A stretch of 64,000 bases of DNA from Bugula neritina (taxonomy: Eukaryota; Animalia; Bryozoa). Location of the stretch: positions 16,554,995 through 16,618,994 of the forward strand of contig OZ037765.1 in the NCBI GenBank assembly GCA_964035545.1, read 5' to 3'. The notes beneath the pieces were generated by a model that was not told the DNA's origin, did not search any database, and saw nothing but the letters and a program-made list of their open reading frames with translations. This document shows, piece by piece, positions 48,245-58,690 of the stretch. Positions within the stretch are counted from its first letter, which is position 1, and every line of letters starts with the position of its first letter. The position numbers were made by a program, and so were the translations under genes.

Positions 48245-50215
48245 AATTAACACACCTGTAAAAATAAAAAATAAATATTGGTTACAGCAAACCTAACAGA
48301 TTCAATGAATTAAGACTAAGGCTTCATTATCACTAATCATACAAGATCACAGGCTTTGAAAACATATTTAGAGCCCTGCAAAATTATGATGTGTAATAAA
48401 AGTAAATAAGCACAAACTTTAATTTGGGAATAGTGAAAACTTAAATTCACAAAGACAACATATTCTTGGATCACGAGTAAAATTATTATAACAGTAAAAG
48501 TGCATTGTATTTTTTAATACAATTAACCAGCTTAAAATTAATAGAACTCTATATGTATTTATAATTACTGGTTGCATTAAATTATTTATAATTAGTACAT
48601 AAATATTGCTGAAATTTATCTGCATTGCTTTCATACTTCACTTTCAAATAATCAAGAAAAAATACAGCAAAACACAAATTTGAGTTGAAAAATTACTTAT
48701 GAAAAAAAAATGAAACTTTATAAATCGGATAGCTTGATACCACAATACTACATAAATGTAGCTAGTAAGCCTCACTTCAATCATTACATTCAATAATATT
48801 AGTATTAGCACTAAACAGTGGTTAGTAAATCATTTAGGCCTAGGTAAAACTGATGCCACTATAGGAATAGAGATAGTGCGCCTCAAATGTAATTGCAGTC
48901 CAAATTTAAAATTTGTATAGTATTGCAGTATTATAACAAGGCTCCTAATGAGGTTAGGCCTGGCATCTTTTTTTGACAAAAACCACGGTAGTAACTGGGA
49001 GCATGAGGAATAGTACTGCTTTAATCACTTATTTTTCTGTAGGGACCTTGAGTAGCCATAAAATTCCATGCCTAATTTTTACAGTTCACAATATTTATGT
49101 TGATTATAATAAAACACATAGTATGGACATTGTAAAAGTAACATTAGGAAAGTCTTAATATACTGACAGGTTTCAATAGCCACTTACTTCTGTTGTTTAA
49201 ACTAATATTATTGCTATTACATTTGGTATATTTATAAACTATTACGATTCTTCAACTTAATTACTCACCAGGTATCAATTTATATTTAATGATAGCTCAA
49301 TTATTATTATTTACAATATGAATAAGTAATTGGAATACAAACACTAGATTAGTAAAACTAATTTAGCAAATGGGTAATTCTACTAAATCATTTAGTAAAT
49401 AATCTAGTGGAAGGTGAGCAGTTACACTTACTGGAGTTGGAGAGTGGATGTAAGAACTACTACTAGATGTAAGGTTTAATATGACTATTGGCATCGCTAT
49501 AGAATATGAATATCAACATAATTGTTAGTAGCACTAGCCCTAGGCTTTAGCCTTAGGTTTATACTTATACAGTTATATCTACCATTATGATTATTAAATA
49601 TTTGTACTTTAAGCTGTCACTAATACTGAAAAAGTAGAGCTATAACTATAAGTATAACTTAGTATAAGTATTACTATAAGTATAACTAATAAACTATTAG
49701 TATTACTATTAGTATTAGTATAAATTAGTAAATAAGCAAGCATAACTGTATCAATATTATTAATATATTATTATCATATCTAATCAGTAAGTTTTTCAAC
49801 TTTCAAGCCAAATCTACTCAACTGCTACTAGTACTACTTTTACTTTAACTTACTAGTGCGTAAATGTAGATGACCAAGTCTAAGGACTAAGAGAGTAACT
49901 GCAATGCAGCAATAGTATAATAATAATACTCGGTCTAATGACAAGCTGAGCATTATTATTTAGATTAACTTTAATATCATTCACATTGTAATAAAATCAG
50001 ATAGATACTTACACTTACAGTAACTAACTGTTGGCGTTAGGCGACAATGGCTGCACCAGAAAGTAGTTTGTTCAATCGGCACTTGAGTATATAAATATTA
50101 ACTTTAAAAGTTTATAAAGTGATGGCGTGAATTAAATCTTCACAAAGTTTTAAAAATACTACGTTTTACAACTACTACGTCTACTGCATTACTCCACCGC
50201 CTAAACATTTGTAAA

Positions 50216-50273
50216 TTTGAATGCGCGCGAAATAGAGCGCATGCGTAGATTGGCATTCAGTTTGCCGGCAAAC
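50216..50273 (-). promoter_or_regulatory. Probable cell-cycle promoter of GINS2 (E2F, CHR-like, NRF1-like and CCAAT elements)
   Basis: TTTGAA at 50216-50221; GCGCGAAA (TTTCGCGC on the minus strand) at 50225-50232; GCGCATGCG at 50237-50245; ATTGG at 50249-50253; palindrome GTTTGCCGGCAAAC at 50260-50273. This CpG cluster lies ~2 kb upstream of the GINS2 ATG, with minus-strand splice donors in between. Confidence 0.65.
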
Positions 50274-52362
50274 CATTGACAATCCGCATTAGGAATAAAA
50301 TGATATCAATACTACAAACAATGCAATCGCGTTTTTACTAAAAAGAGGGTGTGTCATAAGCAGGCGGGTCTTGTAAAGATGGGTAAACTGTCCACTCAGC
50401 TTTCTGTATTGCTAAAGCCACTGCGCTATTTACAGAGCTTTGGTATAGATACCCCGCCTTTTGATAACACGGAAAGAACCTTATAATAGACATTGTTCCT
50501 TCTAATATATATATATATAATTATAATATTATAGTTAAAAATTCGGAAGGGGATAACTTAGTACTAGCCAGAGCTATCTTAGTATTATTAGCACCACCAT
50601 TGTTAGTTGTTACCAAACTATATTTCAAATGCATTAACATATTATACATTGGAAGATCTGGTATCTGGTATCAAGCTCATTAAATCTTGGTGTACTGGGT
50701 AAAATTATTTTGTTAGAGCCAGGCTAAATTGCAATAAATTATTTTTATTCTCTTTGCCCCTTTGCTGATCCCATATCATAGGTATATTATTGAATATTAT
50801 TATATTTATCAATTGCAGTTGGAAAAAAATACTTATTTCATGATAATTATTATAACCAAAACATTTGCCTACTCACTATATTATTTTATTCCATAGTATA
50901 TACTTACTTATTTCAACAACAAAAATAATATGAATAAAAAAGTTGACAAATTGTAAAAAGTAGTATTGGAAACAGAAGTAAGATAATCAGAAATCTGTAC
51001 CCACCCTAACTTAAATAACTATAACTTACATAAAATTCTGCAAATTTAACTGCAAAATAGATGCTTCTGCGAAAAAATAGTTGTACAATTTTTGCAATGT
51101 GCATTATTTTATTTTATATCCTAGGTTCATGTGCCTGGGTTCATTTTTAATATATCTAAATTAAATCTTTGAAAATTGCCGTTAAAAATAACATGTTTGC
51201 AAGTAGACTATAAAGGCTTTTGTTATAAGAAAATGAATGAGTTAGTTATTTGGCAGTTGGGTGATTATGTAACATATAGAATTGGTAAATAACCCTGAGT
51301 TGGTTGAGTAACTTATACTGATTAGTGTATCTAGCCAAATGTTTAGCCTATTCATTTTTCTCTAGTCCATAATGATGAACTTGTTTACCCAGAAAGGGAG
51401 ATTAGAGTGAATACTATTTAGGCTTTTTAACATCATCTTTTTATTTTATGAGATGGCAGCTCTGTAACCACTGAATATGCTGGCCTTTGTAATGACCTCC
51501 CCTCAGTCCATTGCTTATGCACATAGCACCAATACATATATGTACATATTGGCAATCCGAAGCCATCAAGTAAATATGTTGTTATCTTTTATTTGTTTGC
51601 CTAGTTTGTCTTAGGCAGGGAATAAATATAATGTTCAAATGTTAAATAAATGAAATGGTGCCCTAGGGCCTAGACCCATGATTTACGACAGACATTATGT
51701 AGATTGTAGAGCAAATCACTATTTTCGTTATTTCTTGGATCAGTTGAAAGGGGTAAGCTCTAACTCTATACAAGCAAACTGAAATAAGGCATTTGCCATA
51801 TCAGTCAAATGAGGAGCTGTGGAATTTATTTATTTAGAATTTTATCTATCTAGTTAAATGCTTTAAAAATTGGTAGGTTATAATGGTGGTGAGTTGAAAT
51901 CAAATTAAGTTACCATTTATACATATATAATTTAAATAATATAGGCAAGGTTAAGAATGAAAACCAACTGGATTGAAAACCTCTAAATTTTCATATGCAC
52001 ATCTAATAGAGTAGTCATTATTCATATGTATGATGAACACCAGAGTCAGTTTTGTCTTAATTATACTCTTGTCTCTATTTGATTTAGACTATTAGATTTA
52101 AACTGTTGACATCACTATTTTTGTAAAAGATATTGCTGCCAAAGCAATAATTTAGTTCGAGGTAACTTCATAATATTATAATATAGGCTATTATATGTTG
52201 AAATATTATATATATATATATATATATAATATATAATGTATGCTGATTGTCAATCTAGTTGGAGTTCCAGCAAAGTAAAGTGCTCGATATCACGGGTGAC
52301 AGAGCTAATATAATGTAGTGTGTTCAGATTGTTACTGATACATATATATTTTATTTAAAAAA

Positions 52363-52415
52363 TCTTACACGACTATATAGTTTCGTGCAGTAAACTGCAC
52401 TCCTCAGGTGTTAGA
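52363..52415 (-). ncRNA. Minimal type I hammerhead ribozyme
   Basis: Minus strand reads UCUAACAC-CUGAGGA-GUGCAG-UUUA-CUGCAC-GAAAC-UAUAUA-GUC^GUGUAAGA. The CUGANGA/GAAA core is complete, stem II is 6 bp, stem III is palindromic (ACUAUAUAGU), and stem I is ACAC/GUGU plus UCU/AGA. Predicted cleavage is between 52371 and 52370. Confidence 0.9.
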
Positions 52416-53011
52416 CTAAAAATAAATAAAATCTATGAAGCATACCGATTATTCAAATTTTTACATAAAGAAAACTATCATGCTAAACACAACGTAAAAC
52501 GAAATGCAAACATAGTAGTGGATTTGGTGTTATCTATTAATTAATTAAATTGCTCTTTTTCTAAAGGATTAAACTATAAAAGCTAGATGTTTGATGGAAA
52601 GGCTAATTTATAATAGGTAGTACTATGGTTGAGAGTTGTTAGTATTGTTATGTGATGTTGCCCAGGTAGTGCTTACGTGCATGTCTGCATGTGGATAGAA
52701 TTTCATTTCTGTTATTAAGGGAAGATTTGCTGGGCTGGTATATTATGAAATATTTTTCCCATAGGCAGAGGTTGCATCTTTTAGTGACTTTGTTGTATGA
52801 GTTGGTCTTTTTCATAATTTTCCATGTTATGTCAAAATGGGTGTTCTTGTCTTTTAGTTTCCAGATATATTTGCTCAATTCAGTATGGTTCTTTTTTGTT
52901 TTGTTGTTAAAAGTTGATTTGTGGTTATAAAATCTGGTTTTGAATTCTGTTTCTGATGTTCCCACGTAAGTCTGGGGTTGGCTGCCATCTTTGGTTGTAA
53001 CTGTAGCTTGG

Positions 53012-53549
53012 TGTCACAAAACTGTTGGTAGCAGTGTGACGAGTTCGAAAAGTCTGGTAGTCAGAAGTGTATAGACAAGTAGTATACAGCTTGCTAATCC
53101 AGTTGTGAATAAATAGAGTTGTGGATATAAGTATACTTTATTTCTCTAGTAAGATATGCACAGATGAATGTATTAAAATGAACTCCAAGAATGAACTGAT
53201 TCGTAAACACAACTGCCTCAGTATTTATAGTAAACAAAACACTCTAGAACATTCTCAAGCATTCCAGTATAGAAGATTCTAGTAGAAAACATTCTCCACA
53301 TGCCAATACTATTTATAGAAAATCAAAACAAAACAAAACATTGGAATTTCCATGGTTATTTCGCAATTATTGCGCAATACCTTGTTTACATTGCTGGGCA
53401 GTAGTTAACATGACTAACCAAAACAGTAACAATGAACAATGACCCATCTCTTTGATTAGTCTAGAATATTTATGAACATTCCTGTATAATCATTAGGAAA
53501 AACCCGGTAAGTCTATTTATAGGTATATGTACACTCAGAATTTGTGACA
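53012..53549 (-). repeat. 3' LTR
   Basis: Direct repeat of 58153-58690, preceded on the minus strand by the polypurine tract AGAATGGGGGGT. Confidence 0.97.
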
Positions 53550-53595
53550 ACCCCCCATTCTAAGAGAAATTATCTTGATCATTTCTCCTAACTAC

Positions 53596-56500
53596 TTAAA
53601 ATTCTGAGTCAATTCGGCTTAGATAATCGGCTCCAACATTGTCCTTTCCTTTGATTGACTCCACCTTGATTCTGAAGTTCTGTAAATACATAGCCCATCT
53701 CATCACTCTGCTGTTCTCAAATTTGGCCTGGTTGATGTACACCAGCGGTTGGTGATCAGTCTGCAGCACGAACTCCACTCCATATAAATATTGTAGATAT
53801 TTCTTGACCGCCCATACCACAGCTAAGCATTCCTTCTCTATGGCTGAGTAGTTTCTCTCTCGGTCTAGTAATTTCCTGCTTGCGTAACTCACAGGGAACA
53901 GCTTTCCATCCTGAGGCTGCATCAGCACTGCCCCTAGCCCAACATCTGATGCATCAGTCCTCAGCACAAACGGTTTGTGTACATCTGGTAATTTTAAAAT
54001 TGGCGCACTTGTCAGCATTGTTTTTAAGCTGGTGTACGCCTTCTCTTGTGGTTCCTGCCATTTGACTTTCTTTGGTTCTCCCTTCTTTGTTAAATCTGTT
54101 AGTGGACTCGCTATAGTTGAATAATGAGGGATGTATTCTCTGTAGTAACTAGTAAGTCCAATGAACGATCTCACTTGCGTCTTATTGGTTGGCCTTGGCG
54201 CAGCCCTAATTTTCTCAATGTTGTCATCCATTGGTTTAATTTCACCCCTGTAAAGTTTATGTCCGATGAACTCCATGTTTGTTCCTCCTACTCTACATTT
54301 ACTCGGTCTAACGGTAAGTCCAGCTGTGGCAAGTCGGCTGAAAACTTCTGTTAGCATTTTAACGTGTTCTTCCCAACTTTCCGTGTGCACTAGAATGTCA
54401 TCAATGTAGTTGTCCACTCCTTTCAGATTTTCAAAAAGTTTTCTCAACCCTCTCACCAGTGTCGCTCCAGAGTTAACCATCCCAAATGGCATCTTGATGA
54501 ATTCATAATGTCCATCGGGTGTCACAAATGCAGTTTTAGGAATATCTTCTTTCTTCACTGGTATTTGCCAATATCCCTTGGATAAATCAAGTTTGGTAAA
54601 GTATTTATCTTTACTGAGCTTTCTGAAGACGTCATCTGTTTTCACCATTGGTTCAGGATCGAATACTGAGACTCGGTTTAGTTTGCGATAGTCTATACAA
54701 ATCCTGTTGCTTCCATCTGGCTTCTTTACTATCACCGTTGGTGAGGCGTAGGGAGAGGTAGATGGCCGAATAACACCCATCTTCAACATGTCCTCGATGT
54801 CCGCCTTGAGAGTCTCTCTTACCCTGTAGGGCAATCCATATGGTTTGGATTTCACTGGCTCATCAGTCGTGAGCTTGATAGAATGTTCTATTCCCGTTGC
54901 ATTTCCTGGCAAGTCACTGAAGATACCTTCAAACTTTCTTAGTAACTCCTCCAGCTGTCTTCTTTGCTGATTCTCCAGCTCTTCACCCAGAATGACATCT
55001 TTGCTTGTTTCTGTCTGCCGTTTCTTACTGTACAGGTCCAACAAATCATCTTGGCCTTCTTCTCTTTCCTCATCATGATCAATAACTCCAGTACCAGCAG
55101 CATCTAAAGTCATCACAGCTCCAACAGTCATAGGGTCGGTAGGCGCCTCCCGCTCAAAATATTTCTTCAGCATGTTGGCATGGTATGTTCTCCTCTTGCC
55201 TCTAATGTTGATAATGTAGTCATTCAGTCTGACTTTCTCCTCAATATTGAATGGTCCTTGCCAATGCATCAGCAATTTATTTCCATCCGTAGGTAGAAGA
55301 ATGAGCACTTTGTCACCAGGTCTGAAGTCTCTCTGCTTAGCTTTCTTGTCAAAATAGTGTTTGTATCTTTTTTGACTGTCTTTTAGCGAAGCTAGTGCCA
55401 TTTCCATCATGTCATCTAAACGCTCTCTCAATTCAAAAACATGTTGATAGCAGGTCTTGACTTCATCGGCAGTGTCTTCTTTTGTCCAAAGTTGTCGCAG
55501 GATGTACATTGGTCCACGCACAGTTCTTCCATAGAGTAACTCGAATGGGGCGAAGCCTGTTGATTCCTGTGGGACTTCTCTATATGCAAATAGAGCTGCA
55601 TTGATGAACCGATGCCACTGTCTTGGCTCTTTAGCACACAACTTTTTTAACATACTCTTGAGGGTTCCGTTGAACTTTTCCACAAGTCCATTGGCCATTG
55701 CATGGTATGGTGAAGTAGGAAGTTGTCGCATGTCAAGTAATCTGGTAAACTCTTTCATGTAATCCGAGATGAATTGAGTTCCTTGGTCGCTTATCACCTC
55801 CTCTGGTATCCCAACACGACTGTACATGTCAAGCAGCGCTTCAGCTACAGTAGCTGAGTCAATGTTCTTCAATGGTGTAGCTTCAGGGTATCTTGTAGCA
55901 TAGTCAACTAAAGTTAGGATGTAGCGGTGTCCTTTCTCACTTGGAGGGTTAATTGGTCCGATTAGGTCTATTGCACATCTCTTGAATGGGGTGTCAATTA
56001 GTGGAGTTTCCTGTACTGGAACTTTCATGACTGAGCCTTTTTTCACCGTCTTCTGGCAAATGTCACATGATTGACAGAAACGTACGACATCTCCGTTTAG
56101 TCCTGGCCAGAAGAAGTTGGAAAGCACTCTATCAGTGGTTTTCTTTACTCCTAGGTGTCCGCTCATTATGCAGTCATGAGCTTTTTGTAGAACTTCCTTC
56201 CTCAGTGAACTGGGTACCATGAGTTGTTTAACAGGTTTTACACTGGCAGACTTCGAGTCGGTGTACTCACGGTACAGAATCTTATTCCTCACCACAAACC
56301 TAGTGGTGCATCCCTTTTTCTCCTTCACTTCTTTTGCATAAAAGAAACGTTCCAATGTGGGGTCATCCCTCTGCAATCTGGCTATTTCATCTTTCCCTAT
56401 ACTTAATGGGTTAGTATTTGAATCAATCTTCAGTGGTTTGTCTCCTGACTTTTCCTTGACAGCCTGAGCTCTTGTGGTTACGGCGCAGTCCTTCCAGTTT

Positions 56501-58056
56501 TCCAGTGGCTGGTCAGCTGATCTCGCTCCATCCACATTCCCAATGAGCAGGTCACAAATCGTCTTGTCCATTACTGCAGCTTTGACGACACCATTGTAAA
56601 ATGGTGAGCGCACTGAGATAAGTGCCCACTGAGCCTCTCTAACACTTGCATCAGCCATATTCAGATAAACTGATTCTCCAGTTAAATGTTGAGGTTGCAC
56701 ATACTTTGCATTGACTACAATGCAACCACAGCCGGTGTCGCGCATTACAGTAGCTCGTTGGCCATTGACTTCCGCATCAAATATTGCTGTGCCCCCATCT
56801 TTGAATTTAGGTCCATTCTTGCAGACAGCAGCGTTGACAAACTTTTTACCATTAACTGTGATTTCCGTAGGTTCTTCCCCTTTAGATGAGATTCCTGGAT
56901 CTGTGACCACAGTCTTATTCTGAGTAATCGCTATTGCAGCAGCAGCATGCACTGACCTCCTACCATACTTTCTGCAGTCGGAAGTATTGTGGTTGTTCAT
57001 CTTGCAATGTGAACAGTACTTCTTCCCTCGCCGTGGGCAATTACGAGCAATGTGTGACTTATCTTTGCAGATGAAACATGCACCCTCACTTTTACTTCCT
57101 TGTTCAGCATTCATGCTACCGGTGGGTGTGTTTTCCATCCTTTTTATATTAGTTTTCTTAGTCTTTGCTAGTTTTCTTCCACGGGCGTGCAAAAACAGTG
57201 ACGCTGCATCACACATATCCTCACTGCTGTTGTAGGAACTTTGCTTTAAATGCACAGCTAGGTCGTCTGGGCATGATGATATAAATTGTTCAGTCGCCAC
57301 TAGTTTGGCTATGTCCATGCCCCCTGAAAGTTCTACCCACTTGTGCACATAACTTTCTATCCTAGTGAACAGTTGGGCAGGAGTTTCATCCTCGTAAGCT
57401 TCTGCCTCTCTGAGCTTTTTTCTGTAGCCCTCTTGAGTCAAGTTAAAGCGCTCCAACAAGGCTTCTTTGACTTTTTTATAATCTCTACGATCGGTAGGTG
57501 ACAACCGGATGTAAGCTTCTGTTGCTGTACCCCTTAGGTACTGACTGAGATGGTAGGGCCAATCTCCCTTGTCCCAATTACATCCTTCGGCAACCCACTC
57601 GAACCGCTCTAAATAGCTATCCATTTCGTCCACCTTCTCATCAAAGAATGGTATTTTTGGTTTTGGTTTGTTAGCTATTTCTAACCTGGTGTTCTCATGT
57701 CTTGAGTGCTCCAAACTTGTGTCAGCTTTCAGCTTTTCCATATCTAATTCATGTCGTTGTCTTCTCTCTTCTGCCTCCTGGTCAGCTTTAACCTTGAGTG
57801 CCATTGCCTCCTGATCAGCTTTAACCTTGAATGCCATTGCCTCCTGATCAGCTTTTATCTTCATCTCCATTAAGGCTTTCTCATTCTCTTGCCTGATCTT
57901 TTCTGCCTCACGCTCTAATCTACGTTCCTCTCGGTCCTTTTCTTTTTCTTCTTGTGCAGCAACAATGGGTAGGTTCTTTTCAACAAAAGCTATGAGCTTG
58001 TCCTCCACCAACCCAAGGTCTTTACCCATCTGTGTCACTCTCTCCAACAACGCCAT
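53596..58056 (-). CDS. Gag-Pol polyprotein, 1486 aa: coiled coil, SCAN-like capsid, 2x CCHC knuckles, aspartic protease, integrase (HHCC, DDE, GPF), reverse transcriptase, RNase H
   Basis: CFICKDKSHIARNC and CSHCKMNNHNTSDC; RDTGC; HDCIMSGH...CDIC, IDLIGP, SDQGTQF, NGLVEKFN, WQGPF; then ICIDYRKLN, LDLSKGYWQ, MPFGM, YIDD; then TDASDVGLGAVL, EKECLA, TDHQPL, ADYLSR. Confidence 0.97.
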   Translation of the reverse strand: MALLERVTQMGKDLGLVEDKLIAFVEKNLPIVAAQEEKEKDREERRLEREAEKIRQENEKALMEMKIKADQEAMAFKVKADQEAMALKVKADQEAEERRQRHELDMEKLKADTSLEHSRHENTRLEIANKPKPKIPFFDEKVDEMDSYLERFEWVAEGCNWDKGDWPYHLSQYLRGTATEAYIRLSPTDRRDYKKVKEALLERFNLTQEGYRKKLREAEAYEDETPAQLFTRIESYVHKWVELSGGMDIAKLVATEQFISSCPDDLAVHLKQSSYNSSEDMCDAASLFLHARGRKLAKTKKTNIKRMENTPTGSMNAEQGSKSEGACFICKDKSHIARNCPRRGKKYCSHCKMNNHNTSDCRKYGRRSVHAAAAIAITQNKTVVTDPGISSKGEEPTEITVNGKKFVNAAVCKNGPKFKDGGTAIFDAEVNGQRATVMRDTGCGCIVVNAKYVQPQHLTGESVYLNMADASVREAQWALISVRSPFYNGVVKAAVMDKTICDLLIGNVDGARSADQPLENWKDCAVTTRAQAVKEKSGDKPLKIDSNTNPLSIGKDEIARLQRDDPTLERFFYAKEVKEKKGCTTRFVVRNKILYREYTDSKSASVKPVKQLMVPSSLRKEVLQKAHDCIMSGHLGVKKTTDRVLSNFFWPGLNGDVVRFCQSCDICQKTVKKGSVMKVPVQETPLIDTPFKRCAIDLIGPINPPSEKGHRYILTLVDYATRYPEATPLKNIDSATVAEALLDMYSRVGIPEEVISDQGTQFISDYMKEFTRLLDMRQLPTSPYHAMANGLVEKFNGTLKSMLKKLCAKEPRQWHRFINAALFAYREVPQESTGFAPFELLYGRTVRGPMYILRQLWTKEDTADEVKTCYQHVFELRERLDDMMEMALASLKDSQKRYKHYFDKKAKQRDFRPGDKVLILLPTDGNKLLMHWQGPFNIEEKVRLNDYIINIRGKRRTYHANMLKKYFEREAPTDPMTVGAVMTLDAAGTGVIDHDEEREEGQDDLLDLYSKKRQTETSKDVILGEELENQQRRQLEELLRKFEGIFSDLPGNATGIEHSIKLTTDEPVKSKPYGLPYRVRETLKADIEDMLKMGVIRPSTSPYASPTVIVKKPDGSNRICIDYRKLNRVSVFDPEPMVKTDDVFRKLSKDKYFTKLDLSKGYWQIPVKKEDIPKTAFVTPDGHYEFIKMPFGMVNSGATLVRGLRKLFENLKGVDNYIDDILVHTESWEEHVKMLTEVFSRLATAGLTVRPSKCRVGGTNMEFIGHKLYRGEIKPMDDNIEKIRAAPRPTNKTQVRSFIGLTSYYREYIPHYSTIASPLTDLTKKGEPKKVKWQEPQEKAYTSLKTMLTSAPILKLPDVHKPFVLRTDASDVGLGAVLMQPQDGKLFPVSYASRKLLDRERNYSAIEKECLAVVWAVKKYLQYLYGVEFVLQTDHQPLVYINQAKFENSRVMRWAMYLQNFRIKVESIKGKDNVGADYLSRIDSEF

Positions 58057-58132
58057 AATGTCTCAACAACTGTTAATTAATCCTGTGTATACTCACGTTG
58101 TAACTAATAACTTCCCTGTGTGCGACTGAGAC

Positions 58133-58150
58133 TTCCCGGAGCAGCCCCCA
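58133..58150 (-). promoter_or_regulatory. Primer-binding site, tRNA-Pro-like
   Basis: Minus strand TGGGGGCTGCTCCGGGAA, 2 nt after the 5' LTR; the canonical Pro PBS is TGGGGGCTCGTCCGGGAT. Confidence 0.75.
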
Positions 58151-58152
58151 AT

Positions 58153-58690
58153 TGTCACAAAACTGTTGGTAGCAGTGTGACGAGTTCGAAAAGTCTGGTA
58201 GTCAGAAGTGTATAGACAAGTAGTATACAGCTTGCTAATCCAGTTGTGAATAAATAGAGTTGTGGATATAAGTATACTTTATTTCTCTAGTAAGATATGC
58301 ACAGATGAATGTATTAAAATGAACTCCAAGAATGAACTGATTCGTAAACACAACTGCCTCAGTATTTATAGTAAACAAAACACTCTAGAACATTCTCAAG
58401 CATTCCAGTATAGAAGATTCTAGTAGAAAACATTCTCCACATGCCAATACTATTTATAGAAAATCAAAACAAAACAAAACATTGGAATTTCCATGGTTAT
58501 TTCGCAATTATTGCGCAATACCTTGTTTACATTGCTGGGCAGTAGTTAACATGACTAACCAAAACAGTAACAATGAACAATGACCCATCTCTTTGATTAG
58601 TCTAGAATATTTATGAACATTCCTGTATAATCATTAGGAAAAACCCGGTAAGTCTATTTATAGGTATATGTACACTCAGAATTTGTGACA
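58153..58690 (-). repeat. 5' LTR
   Basis: Direct repeat of 53012-53549; TATAAATA and AATAAA on the minus strand. Confidence 0.97.

Larger units (their letters stand above)
53012..58690 (-). mobile_element. Full-length Ty3/Gypsy LTR retrotransposon, Gmr1-like (PR-IN-RT-RH)
   Basis: Two 538-bp LTRs (53012-53549 and 58153-58690) with no difference seen by eye and ends TGTCACAAA...TTTGTGACA. 5-bp TSD CTTGG (53007-53011 and 58691-58695). PBS at 58133-58150, PPT at 53550-53561, and a single intact ORF. Confidence 0.97.

Noticed and set aside
53880-57235. Short antisense and alternate-frame ORFs within Gag-Pol
   Set aside because: Shadow ORFs of the long coding sequence with no independent motifs.
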